A stretch of 60,540 nucleotides of DNA, the filler included, from Piptocephalis cylindrospora (lineage: Eukaryota): NCBI GenBank assembly GCA_003614145.1. It is 11 parts of 11 records of this genome, joined end to end, with 100 filler letters (N's around TTAATTAATTAA, not from the genome) between each part and the next. Parts side by side here need not be neighbours in the genome. Positions count along the whole stretch, not along the records: positions 38,620 to 44,036 come from KZ988393.1; positions 44,137 to 49,544 come from KZ988394.1; 9 more parts are not named here. The stretch is one strand, 5' to 3'. A program made the translations under genes and the position numbers. The notes below the pieces were generated by a model, which had not been told where the DNA came from, ran no database searches, and worked only from the letters and a program-made list of their open reading frames with translations. Shown here one piece after another: positions 38,786 to 49,544 of this stretch (its first letter is position 1; every line of letters begins with the position of its first letter).

Positions 38786-40480
38786 ATGTCCAAGCAGCAA
38801 CAACCAAAGAAATCCAACGGAAAGAGTAGCAATTCCTCCTCTTCTGGCACCACTCACACTTCCCGGCCTACCCACCGGGTCTCTACGCCCTCCCTCTCCC
38901 CTCTCCGCACTACCCCCATCTACATTCGTGGAGGAGGGCCGGAGAAGGTTTTGAGGATCTCAGAGATTCCCTTCTCTTCAAATACTGCTCCCAGTGATCC
39001 CACCACTCCCGTTATCAGTGATTCCATTGCCTGTCCCTCCACCACCAACGTCAATGCCTCCACTCGGCGTGGAAGGATCGCCACGACGGCCCTCACCAAT
39101 GCCACCCGACGCGTAAGGGACCATGAGCGTGGACGAGCCTTGGAGCGTCCGTCCAAGATAAAAGACAAGCCTCCTCCCCTCCGTCCTCCTTCATCCTCTC
39201 GCTCCTTTTCTCCTTCGCCCTTCTCTCTCCCTTTATCCTCCTCTACCCCCTCTTTATCCTCATCCCCACACCCTCCATCCTCCTCCCTCCCGTCTACATC
39301 CTCTTTATCATCTCTACCCGTCTCTTCCTCTTTTCCATCTTCACCATCTCTTCCTTTATCACCTCCCTCTTCATCTCTGTCTTCATCCTCTCTTTCTTCT
39401 TCAGCCTCATCTTCTCCATCCTATCCTTTATCCTCGTCATTATCTCCATTCAAATCCTCCTCTCTGTCCCCTACATCATCTCCCTCTTCCACACCACCAC
39501 TCCCTTCTTCCTCTATTCCCTCATCTCCCTCTCCCTCCTCTTCCCCTTCACCCTCTCTCCTCTCTCTATCATCTCCATCATCTTCATCCTCTTTCACCCC
39601 CTCTTCACCTACCATAACTCCCCTATCCCCCTCCACTTATTCCTCTCCTCCTTCTCCTTCTCCTCCTCATCTGCCTTCTGCTCTTCATTTATCCTCCCCG
39701 CGTCCCCATCCCCACATCTCATTTTCCCCTCCTCCCTCACCTCACCATTTCCCATCCCCGCCGTCCTCTGGCGGTCTGATCCCCTCCAAGCTAGAAGAGA
39801 TCAGGTATGTCACCCCAGAGGAATGCCTTGAGGCCTACCGGCAGATGCTGGACATGGCTGGGATAAAGGCTAAGGTGGTCCTGCGTTCTGCTCCCCCCGC
39901 CGTTCTCTCTTCTTTTTCCCCCTCCTCATCATCATCATCCTGGAGGAGCTTCTTTTTCTTCCTTCTCTCTCTACTCCTCCTAATCATTTCTATCGTGAGG
40001 ATGGAGGAATTGTTTAGTTGTCTGTATGGAAATTCCACGTGTACATCCCCCCGGAATCTCATCCGCGACTGGATCCCTCAAGAAGTCATCCTGGATGCTT
40101 TTTCAGCCCTTTGGGAGGAGATGATTTTGTTACTAGGATGGGAACGGGTGTCGGTGCCATCTCCATGGACTCTCAGCTCTAATGAGATGCACTCCCTTCA
40201 GTTTGCCTCTCTCTCTACTAGAATCGCCATTCGGAAGGCAATTCTCAGTAGAGTAATCAGTTTTGATGGTGGTCCTAAGGAGGTCCTCTTCTCCCTCTTC
40301 CCCCAGCTCGGACCCCTCCTCCCCTCTCCTGTTCTAGCGGCCGTGGAGACCCTCTCTCCAGGCCTAGTCTACCTCGCCGCTGTTGCTCTCGAGGGTTGGC
40401 GAGGTGGACACTGGGCCCTAGATGTAGTTTCCCCCAGTCTCCGTGAATGGCTGGGAATGTCCATACCTCCTCCTATCTGA
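38786..40480 (+). CDS. Ser/Pro-rich low-complexity protein with a transmembrane segment (564 aa), unknown function
   Basis: Long ORF with ATG; ~200-aa S/P tract; hydrophobic FFFFLLSLLLLIISIV. Confidence 0.6.
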   Translation: MSKQQQPKKSNGKSSNSSSSGTTHTSRPTHRVSTPSLSPLRTTPIYIRGGGPEKVLRISEIPFSSNTAPSDPTTPVISDSIACPSTTNVNASTRRGRIATTALTNATRRVRDHERGRALERPSKIKDKPPPLRPPSSSRSFSPSPFSLPLSSSTPSLSSSPHPPSSSLPSTSSLSSLPVSSSFPSSPSLPLSPPSSSLSSSSLSSSASSSPSYPLSSSLSPFKSSSLSPTSSPSSTPPLPSSSIPSSPSPSSSPSPSLLSLSSPSSSSSFTPSSPTITPLSPSTYSSPPSPSPPHLPSALHLSSPRPHPHISFSPPPSPHHFPSPPSSGGLIPSKLEEIRYVTPEECLEAYRQMLDMAGIKAKVVLRSAPPAVLSSFSPSSSSSSWRSFFFFLLSLLLLIISIVRMEELFSCLYGNSTCTSPRNLIRDWIPQEVILDAFSALWEEMILLLGWERVSVPSPWTLSSNEMHSLQFASLSTRIAIRKAILSRVISFDGGPKEVLFSLFPQLGPLLPSPVLAAVETLSPGLVYLAAVALEGWRGGHWALDVVSPSLREWLGMSIPPPI

Positions 40481-42087
40481 TCCTGTGGTGTATCCCGTCG
40501 CGGATCCCATTTCTTCCTCATGGCCTCCCTGGTCCCTCCTGGCGGTTCCCTTGGCTTTTTCGTTTTGCTGCCTGCCTTTGCTTGGCGCTGTTGGCCCAGG
40601 CTGGTGCGGTCCTTGTTAGACCTGCACGGCCTGGGTCGTACGTAGCTACGTGCTACACCCGGATAAGCCCCCATACCCCCTCCGCTGGATCATTATAGTC
40701 ATTACTTCAAGGATCATCGGGAAGAAAAGGAAAGGAAAACTCCCTGTACTATTATTAAATGGAAGAGAGCGAGATAGGCGGTGGTGGTGGAGGAAGGGAG
40801 TTGGCAATCGGTGGTGGAGGAAGAGAGTAAAGAAATCGACGGGGGGAGAAGAAGATTGGAAAATCAGCGATGGAGAAGGGAATCGGGAAGGGGAGATGCT
40901 GGAGAGTGCCTAGATTAGGCCTTTATAATGTCGTATGTATCAAGAATGTATATCTAACTTATCTCATGCTTATTGAACTGGGTTGGAAACCTCATTTCTA
41001 GCTCCCTCAATAATTGAATAAAGATTCATTAGAATGGATAGGGCATTGAAAGTTTTGACACTATACATGTGCCGCTAGACTCCGAGACACATCATCCTAT
41101 CCCTCCCACCAGACTGCTTGGCCGCCCTGACCCACATCCTGGCAACGTATTCATAGGTTAAAGCAGGTCATTTACCCGAGGAGCCTGACGTTAAAGGAAA
41201 TGAGAAAATCATTTAGGCAATCTAAGGGGAGATCCAAGACCTTTATGGAGATCTAGAAAGTGCAAATGGATGGGCCATCCAGAGGCTCATGTTTCTCGAT
41301 TGTGTGAATGAATAACGTATTTTCCGGAAATCAGGGTGAGTGGACTGCATTTACTGTAGGAGGAGCCTTTCACAACCTCTCGCATTATATATTTCGTAAC
41401 ACAACACTGAAGAGGATAAAGCCAGAATGGGTGCCAAAGATATGATGGGGACACGTGTAAAGTACATCGAATTGCGAATGTGATTATGAGAAAAAGTATT
41501 TATCTTCGAGGTATATCAGGAGGCCATTGGAAAGAGAAGAGGAGAATGAAAAGGGAATGAGGAAATGGATCTATTTTTACTCGAGAATTTTCCCTTTAAA
41601 TGCTCAGAATATTTGCTTTTAGTGCTCTTAATCATCAATTATCAATATGCATTGTGATGGGACGCGTCTCTTCCACTCGTCGTATTACCTACCCTTTTCA
41701 ATCTCCACCTATCTCAGATTTCCGCAATCATCTCTAAGGCAGCCCTGCATCAGTTTTTATAAAAAGCTCATGATGGTGACAGGACAGCTATATAGAGGTC
41801 GGGAAATCGAAAAACATAACGCGATTCATAAAAACAGACCGAAGGCCTTCAACCAGGCTCAACGGTCGCGATGGACCGACGGCTGACTATTACTGCAGCC
41901 CTCCTAGAGCGGAGATGTACCCTTTTATGGGATTGATCAAACTGAGGGAACCCCTGTATAAGGTCATTGGAGTGTGGGAATATGCTTCCAGTGAATGCCA
42001 TACATAAATACTAAAGTATTCAGACTTCTAGGCTGACTTTTCTTCTCTCACACCATCCTCATCACCATCCTCATCACCATCCCAAAT

Positions 42088-43020
42088 ATGATTCCGCTCG
42101 TTCAAAATGCCTATGAAGTCTCTTGGCCAAGCCTGCATTGGAATTGGGAATCTTTCTACTCGGACCCAATGCATACCATTACGTCGCCAGACAACCCAGA
42201 GCTGGCTCTGATGGTCTCCGTGTGCTTTTTCACCTCTCTGATGACCTACGTACTGTCTGTATCCATGAACGATTATTCGATCGTCGATCGTCTCTGGTCC
42301 TTCATGCCCCCACTGTACTCATGGATCATCTTGTTCCATTACCCTGACAACCCAAGGGTTCAGTGGGCCACGGCTCTTATTAGCCTTTGGGGTTTTCGAC
42401 TGACCTTTAACTTTTGGCGCAAGGGAGGTTATGCCTCAGGAGGAGAAGATTACCGGTGGGGATATCTTCGAGAGAATATCCCCCCATGGGCCTTTCAGCT
42501 TCTCAACATCACCTTCATCTCCACGATGCAACACGCTCTCCTCCTCGGCCTTACCTTACCGGTTCTAGTGGCGGGACAGACTCCCTTTCAGGGATGGACG
42601 GTGATGGACGTGGTGGCCCTGGACACCATGGTCTCTGCAATCATCGCCGAGACTGTAGCAGATGAGCAGCAGTGGCAATTTCACCAGAAAAAGAAGGATA
42701 ACCCTCTTCAGTCCAAGGAGACCCGGGATGGTTTTATTTCATCGGGTCTCTGGAGGTATTCTCGACATCCTAATTTTTGCGCCGAACAGACCTACTGGAT
42801 TGCCGTGACTCTCTTCAGCTTTACATGCACCCGAATCTTTGGCACCTGGTGGGATGTAGGGTCCATATTTTTGGTCGCGCTCTTCCAAGGAAGCACTTGG
42901 CTCACCGAAAAAATCACCCTATCCAAGTATCCTGCATACTCGTCGTATCAACAAGCCACATCCCGGCTTCTTCCCTGGATTCCTGGATCTTGGCCTGGAA
43001 ACAAGGAGCATGAGAACTGA
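42088..43020 (+). CDS. DUF1295 / steroid 5-alpha-reductase-like membrane protein
   Basis: YSIVDRLWS, WGFRLTFNFWRKGGY..GGEDYRW, ETVADEQQWQF, GLWRYSRHPNF.AEQ, FQGSTWLTEKIT.SKYP.Y..YQ. Confidence 0.92.
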   Translation: MIPLVQNAYEVSWPSLHWNWESFYSDPMHTITSPDNPELALMVSVCFFTSLMTYVLSVSMNDYSIVDRLWSFMPPLYSWIILFHYPDNPRVQWATALISLWGFRLTFNFWRKGGYASGGEDYRWGYLRENIPPWAFQLLNITFISTMQHALLLGLTLPVLVAGQTPFQGWTVMDVVALDTMVSAIIAETVADEQQWQFHQKKKDNPLQSKETRDGFISSGLWRYSRHPNFCAEQTYWIAVTLFSFTCTRIFGTWWDVGSIFLVALFQGSTWLTEKITLSKYPAYSSYQQATSRLLPWIPGSWPGNKEHEN

Positions 43021-43567
43021 TTGTTTCCGAGGTACCAAAAGGTGTATTGTGCCAGAGACACGGAATGAACGGGTTGTATCTGGGAATATGGAACGAGTTG
43101 GTCTAGTAACTATTTGTTTTTTGAAGAACAACATAGCCCTTTTATATAGGGCGAGTCACCAAGACAGTGAGGGAAGGCCATGATAATTATAATACCCACT
43201 CGTTCGCCTAAACACTTAATGACAATATATGCTCATTGTCGTAAAGAAATCCATTGATCCGATATTATGAAATGGCCATAATCATCCGTGACCATTAAGT
43301 CAACCGACACATATCCAAATCAGTCCCAATAGAGTGCAAATAAGGGAGGAAAGGTATGGAAGCACAATGACTCGTTCCCCTCCCCCCCTTTCATCTCCCA
43401 CCCTGACCTGACTTTGATCAGTGGGATTTGTGTGGCGTGAACGCAGGGCTGAGGACGAAAAACGCGTCAATAAAGACGACGCGTGCCTATGTATCAGATT
43501 ACCTCCTGTTCCTCTCTTTCTCTCCTCCTTCCGTCCGTCCATATCCCTTATCACCATTCTTCATCCC

Positions 43568-43977
43568 ATGCCCAAAGTAGTCACGGACATGACCACACAG
43601 TGTGAAGCCTTTAGGAAAGGTGCTAGTTATTTTCGACGTGGTAACTTTCGGGAAGCGGTCGTCCAGTTTACCTTGGTAAGTTCAAGTGGATCCCTCTGCC
43701 CCCGCCCCCTGCTCATCCCATGCTTCCTCTGTAGGCCTTATCCCTCCAGTCCAACCGCTTGGATATTCTGGATGGTAGGGCAACTGCACTGCATCGTCTG
43801 GGTAAGGAAGAGGCTGCCCGAGCGGATGCTCGACAAATGATACTCTGCGACCCAGGGGATCCACGAGGTTACCTTCGACTGGGCAGGTTATTTGCAATGT
43901 CGGGAAGAATCGGGGAGGCGAGGCAGACGTATGAACGGGGTCTTGGGGCCGCTAGGGCTGCCCATCCTTTGCAATCG
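43568..43977 (+). CDS. TPR-repeat protein, N-terminal exons (possibly F-box/TPR Pof3/Dia2-like), truncated by contig end
   Basis: RKGASYFRRGNFREAVVQFTL, then ILDGRATALHRLG..EAARADARQMI..DP.DPRGYLRLGRL...EARQTYERGL. Confidence 0.75.
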
Positions 43978-44136
43978 GTAAGACGCCATTGACCTAGCCC
44001 CCGACCAAACATATTCCTCACAATCATCCTTCCATANNNNNNNNNNNNNNNNNNNNNNNNNNNNNNNNNNNNNNNNNNNNTTAATTAATTAANNNNNNNN
44101 NNNNNNNNNNNNNNNNNNNNNNNNNNNNNNNNNNNN

Positions 44137-45246
44137 CAGGGTATGAAGGCATGATACTTTTAAGTGAAAGAGATAATAATAGCAATAGGTTTTGGAATGG
44201 GGAGTTAAATAGACCATACGTACACTTTCTATCAGCATGTGCTTCGCAGTGGATGGTATGGAACAACCAAGCAAATATCAAATTACTCACGGGGACACCA
44301 AAATGGCAGCAGAAGCTCATGAGTCTATTTTGGTCAGATTCCTGGGAAGTGTTTTTGCTTGGGGGTTGGAGGATAAATTAATGGCTAGATGATAACATTG
44401 TTGGGCAGCGCCTACTATGCACAAAGGGGTGCTTATCATGACCCCGTTCCTCTCTTAACCATGCACTACAAAGGGCAAGGACACCCTTGAGCCCCATACA
44501 ACATTATCCTTATTCTACATGAGAGCTTCAGCCCGATCCTTGTTCAAGTACTCCAAGTCTCCGCCCCTAGAATCACTTTGTCTTCTTTACAAAGACCGTC
44601 TTCTCTCTTACCGCTAACCCCTCTACATTCGTCCATAAATAATCTTTTAGTGAAGAGGTAAGGTATAAGTAGCTGGACATTCGATCCCTTTTTGCATCAG
44701 TCTGAAGAATACAGGTCAAATTTCCCTCCATTTTTTCCATCCCCTCCTCCCTCCTGAACCCTTCCCTGATTAAGATACCCTTTGATAAGAATTGACTCCA
44801 GTTAAGACCACCTCTCTAAGTCCCATTTTGCCAATCCAAGATTCCCCAAGATAAAGTCAAGTCCCGATTAAGATTTCCAAGACCAAATTTCGAGTCCTTC
44901 AACTTCCATCGTGGGATTCAGATCTCCATTTCCAACACAACAACGTCCTGCATTGGTAAGTAAGGATAATACGTTTGTGTATTGATGCAGGTTTGACAAT
45001 CCCACAAGCTCAGCTCTCATTTTCCTTGACTTTCATCACTATAGAGTAATACTAGACCTATCGCCGCCAAGGCTAACGAGTGAAGAGGGATAGGCCACCC
45101 GGATGGGCCCGAGGGGAGAATCTTTGATAATGATATAGGCCTCCGCCTTTTACCCTTAAAGATAGAAGGGTCAACCCCTACGTGTCCAGGGTCATGAGGG
45201 CTACCATCTCCCTAGATTTTGGACGGGATTTTGACTTTCCCCTCAT
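44137..45246 (+). repeat. Left terminal inverted repeat (1110 bp)
   Basis: Matches the reverse complement of 48435-49544 wherever checked by eye; the match stops after ...TTGACTTTCCCCTCAT. Confidence 0.95.
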
Positions 45247-45423
45247 CTCAAGTCATTCGCCTCACCTTCTCCCCCATCGATTCCCCCACCTTCCTCTCTC
45301 GCCATTCGTCTCGCCTCCGTCATCAGTCGTTTCACCCCTCGCCTCTTCTCTCGTCATCTGTCCCCCCCCTCTCCCCCGTCATCTGCGTTCATTACCTTCT
45401 ACTATTAGTTGCCTCTTCTGATC

Positions 45424-48018
45424 ATGACCCTAGAGAAAACAGCCACCATATCCAGCCCAATAGGCTCAACTCTTCTCCATCCCCTTACTCATCAGGTGGA
45501 GGTGGTACCTCCTCCTCTACCCCGTCCACTTGATGCCCTCCTCATCCATGAAAGGATGTCCAAGGTTCCGCGTGTGGGGTTCACAGAGCACGTTGAGGGC
45601 GGCTCCTCTTTTTATAAACGGTAAGCGCTAATGTATTGTTAATTATGGGACTGTGTATAGTATGGCAATGTGTAAATGAAAGTGCCGCTAATAAGTACCC
45701 ACTCCCTAACTAGCACTCCGCCTACAACCGCGATTCGAAATCGCAGGGGTGATGAAGACAAGGCTAGGAATGATGGGGTCACTACCGAAACCCTTGATGA
45801 CTTCCTTAGTCACTTCACGTTTGAAGAAGGGAGGGTATTGCCAACTGGCTGTCTGAATCTCCACCAGGTAGTGCATGGATGCCCGAAAGGTACGGAGGAT
45901 ATCCCTCCTCGCCTTCTCCTCGAAACAAACAACGCCCTTTCCGACCCGGAAGTAGAGGTGCATATTGACATCGACTCGGTCCTCTGGAATCTACAGGATC
46001 TTCCCTTGATTGAACCAATCATGGTATACCCCAATCCCCCCCGGACAATGAACGTGACCGGAAGTCATCAGTATGTCCAATGTCCCGGATACACTACCCC
46101 AGCCCCGCTTGAAAAGGTTCCCCATTGCCTATTTGGCAAGGTGGGTTTACTAATTACAGTCCACGTAGTGTTCCCTTCTCTTTCCCGCACCTTTCTTCCC
46201 TTCGGCCAGGATTACCTTTCGGAATCTCTGCTAAACGACTGGTATGATAAGGTCGTGTATCCAGCCCTAGCTCAATCCCTCTCCAGGGGTAGTTTACAAC
46301 ACTTTTGTCCTTCAAGACAAAACTTCAAGGACACCAAGCCAGGGAACCTTATGGGTCACCTACTCCAGTCAGAGTACGCCCTCCAGGTTACCCAGGCCAT
46401 GCGGAGGATTGTGACCGATGAAGAAAGCCTTCGTAGTCGCTTTGGAGGATTTTTCTTCCACGCCGCATGCAAAGGCACAAAACAATCAACAACTATTTCC
46501 TTGGTGGATTTGATGGACCCGGCCAAGTACACCCTGTGGAAGGAGAACATCGACAGGATGTATTTGGGGACCTTTGGAGAGGAAGGAAAAAGTCGTATGC
46601 AGGTGGATCTAGGGGCTGAGTTTATCCCATCCGATTCTACGGTGAGGGATCATGGCCATATCCACATGTCCTGGAAAAAGGATTCCACAGAAAAAATGCG
46701 GATGGGGACCGGCCTCGCCCCCCGACTGTACGAGTGGTGGCTAGCCCAGGATGTCGCCGGATCTGTGGCCAGTCTCAGGGCAAAGAATGTTTTGGGGCCC
46801 TCCATGGAACCCCCTTCAGTCTCATATTTTCAGACCTATCATTTGGATAAGGAGCTTATTCCAGGGGGTGGAGACCGCTGGGTTAATGCCGTGGATGGTG
46901 CCCACATGAGGTGGGATGACCAAAAGCTGAAAGAATCGTGGGAGATGATTCTGAGAGGGGTGGAGCATGGCTCTGTGGTCACATCGGGAGCTCGGATGGA
47001 GGCCCGGATCGCTGGGCGTCATTTGGACGATTCGGTGGATCCTTTGGGGTTTTTCAAAGTGTGTCATGGAATGCAGCAGCATGCTCATGAACACTTTCGA
47101 TTCCTTCCCTCCCTGGCTGCCGCTAGATTTAAAGCGGCAAATCTCTGGGTTATTCGAGAAGGGGCCAAGAATGTAACCCGGATGCAAAAAGCAGACAATG
47201 CCACGGGTGGCAGCCAAAGAAGGGAATTCATGGAAATCCTGGCTTCTCTTTTTCGCGGGTTCTCCAGGGGAATGGCCTTTACTACGAATCGATCAAAAAT
47301 ATTTGGGCCAATGCTGGTTACCAAGGAGGGTTCATATGGCCTTGGTCTTGCGATCATGCGATATAACCATCCATATCTCCCTCAGGACAAGATCGATTGG
47401 GAGAATGCGAGGGCCTGCATTGCAGGATTTCAGTCCAGGAAGCGAGTGGAAAGACTCATTGCCTTAAAGGAGCAGCTGACTGTAGGCAATCTGAGCGCTC
47501 TAATTGATTGGGCGATACCGGGAGAGGCACAAGAGGAGCTAGGGACGGTTGAGGATGTCGCCCGTTGCCTCATGCGGCTACTAAAGGAGGACATGGTCGA
47601 GGAAACAGTCAACTTCCAAACGGCTGCGTCCATCTCGACGTGGAACCTTGAAGAGGTACGCTTGGCAATTCCCTACCGGCAGGAGCGACATATCTCCAAT
47701 CGGCGTGATCTCGACACCTGGAGGAAAATTTTCTGCTACATGTTCCCTCTCCTAGATGCTCATTCTACCAACGAGTACATCCATCCATATAGCTGGAGGA
47801 AAGTTACATATCTATCAACCTATCTCGCCTACCAGGGGCTGATACATACCCACCAACTAGTTCTTCCCCCTGACACTCTCCTGGCACTTCGCCAGGCCAT
47901 ATGGACTTCCTTCAAGGACATGAATTGCATCGTACGCTCCTCTACTCAGCAAAAATTTGTTAAGAGAGTCCGAGGGTACGTATGCATTGATCTGAGGGAC
48001 AGGGATGACATGCTCTAA
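45424..48018 (+). CDS. Uncharacterised ~833-aa protein (exons 45424-45620 and 45714-48018) inside the TIR element
   Basis: 780-codon ORF 45676-48018 plus an in-frame upstream exon via intron GTAAGC(45621)...CTAAC TAG(45713). Motifs DIDS, VPH.LFG, VVFP.L, WYD.VVYPA, FFFH..KGTK, DLGAE, YFQTYHLDKE, GARMEAR. Start ATG could alternatively be 45556. Confidence 0.85.
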
Positions 48019-48434
48019 GGTTGTCGTAGGATGAGGTGATTCAAGTTCACGTGTGCGTTTTTCATGTCGAAGACGATTTGGCGAAGGGTAGGGATGTTTA
48101 TGCTGGTGTTCAGAGAAGAAAACGGTTTAGTACAATTGCTGCCCTATTAAAGCTCTTCTCTTTTTGCTCTCTCATCCCCTTTCATGATTCTCTTCTCGTC
48201 TCATTGCTACTGAGTGGCCCTCCCTCTGTCGATTAGAGCCGGGCGACATGGACGCTTCTGGCTTTCTACAGTATGGCCTATTTTATCGACCAGAGAATAT
48301 GAGATGAGTTCGGGCGCTGCTGACGGATAGAGAAAAGGAGCCTATATGTCATATATTTTTTGATGTGTTGACAAGAAAAAACTTCTAGAGACTCGAGTAG
48401 GCCAAACTGACCTTAGAAGAGGCCAGGGGAAAGA

Positions 48435-49544
48435 ATGAGGGGAAAGTCAAAATCCCGTCCAAAATCTAGGGAGATGGTAGCCCTCATGACCCTGGACACG
48501 TAGGGGTTGACCCTTCTATCTTTAAGGGTAAAAGGCGGAGGCCTATATCATTATCAAAGATTCTCCCCTCGGGCCCATCCGGGTGGCCTATCCCTCTTCA
48601 CTCGTTAGCCTTGGCGGCGATAGGTCTAGTATTACTCTATAGTGATGAAAGTCAAGGAAAATGAGAGCTGAGCTTGTGGGATTGTCAAACCTGCATCAAT
48701 ACACAAACGTATTATCCTTACTTACCAATGCAGGACGTTGTTGTGTTGGAAATGGAGATCTGAATCCCACGATGGAAGTTGAAGGACTCGAAATTTGGTC
48801 TTGGAAATCTTAATCGGGACTTGACTTTATCTTGGGGAATCTTGGATTGGCAAAATGGGACTTAGAGAGGTGGTCTTAACTGGAGTCAATTCTTATCAAA
48901 GGGTATCTTAATCAGGGAAGGGTTCAGGAGGGAGGAGGGGATGGAAAAAATGGAGGGAAATTTGACCTGTATTCTTCAGACTGATGCAAAAAGGGATCGA
49001 ATGTCCAGCTACTTATACCTTACCTCTTCACTAAAAGATTATTTATGGACGAATGTAGAGGGGTTAGCGGTAAGAGAGAAGACGGTCTTTGTAAAGAAGA
49101 CAAAGTGATTCTAGGGGCGGAGACTTGGAGTACTTGAACAAGGATCGGGCTGAAGCTCTCATGTAGAATAAGGATAATGTTGTATGGGGCTCAAGGGTGT
49201 CCTTGCCCTTTGTAGTGCATGGTTAAGAGAGGAACGGGGTCATGATAAGCACCCCTTTGTGCATAGTAGGCGCTGCCCAACAATGTTATCATCTAGCCAT
49301 TAATTTATCCTCCAACCCCCAAGCAAAAACACTTCCCAGGAATCTGACCAAAATAGACTCATGAGCTTCTGCTGCCATTTTGGTGTCCCCGTGAGTAATT
49401 TGATATTTGCTTGGTTGTTCCATACCATCCACTGCGAAGCACATGCTGATAGAAAGTGTACGTATGGTCTATTTAACTCCCCATTCCAAAACCTATTGCT
49501 ATTATTATCTCTTTCACTTAAAAGTATCATGCCTTCATACCCTG
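48435..49544 (-). repeat. Right terminal inverted repeat (1110 bp)
   Basis: Reverse complement of 44137-45246. Confidence 0.95.

Larger units (their letters stand above)
44137..49544. mobile_element. 5408-bp element with 1110-bp terminal inverted repeats and a single large gene (candidate new transposon or linear replicon)
   Basis: 44137-45246 is the reverse complement of 48435-49544. Both copies end exactly at the contig termini (CAGGGTATGAAGG...CCTTCATACCCTG). The ORF track shows identical mirror ORFs (44151+ and 49530-). Confidence 0.7.

Noticed and set aside
44137..44148. Classification of the TIR element as hAT because of the CAGGG terminus
   Set aside because: hAT TIRs are short, and the ORF shows no BED finger, DDE triad or hAT dimerisation motif that I can recognise.
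44151..44381. 76-aa ORF duplicated in both TIRs (also 49300-49530)
   Set aside because: Short, with no recognisable motif; its duplication simply reflects the TIR. Not called as a gene.
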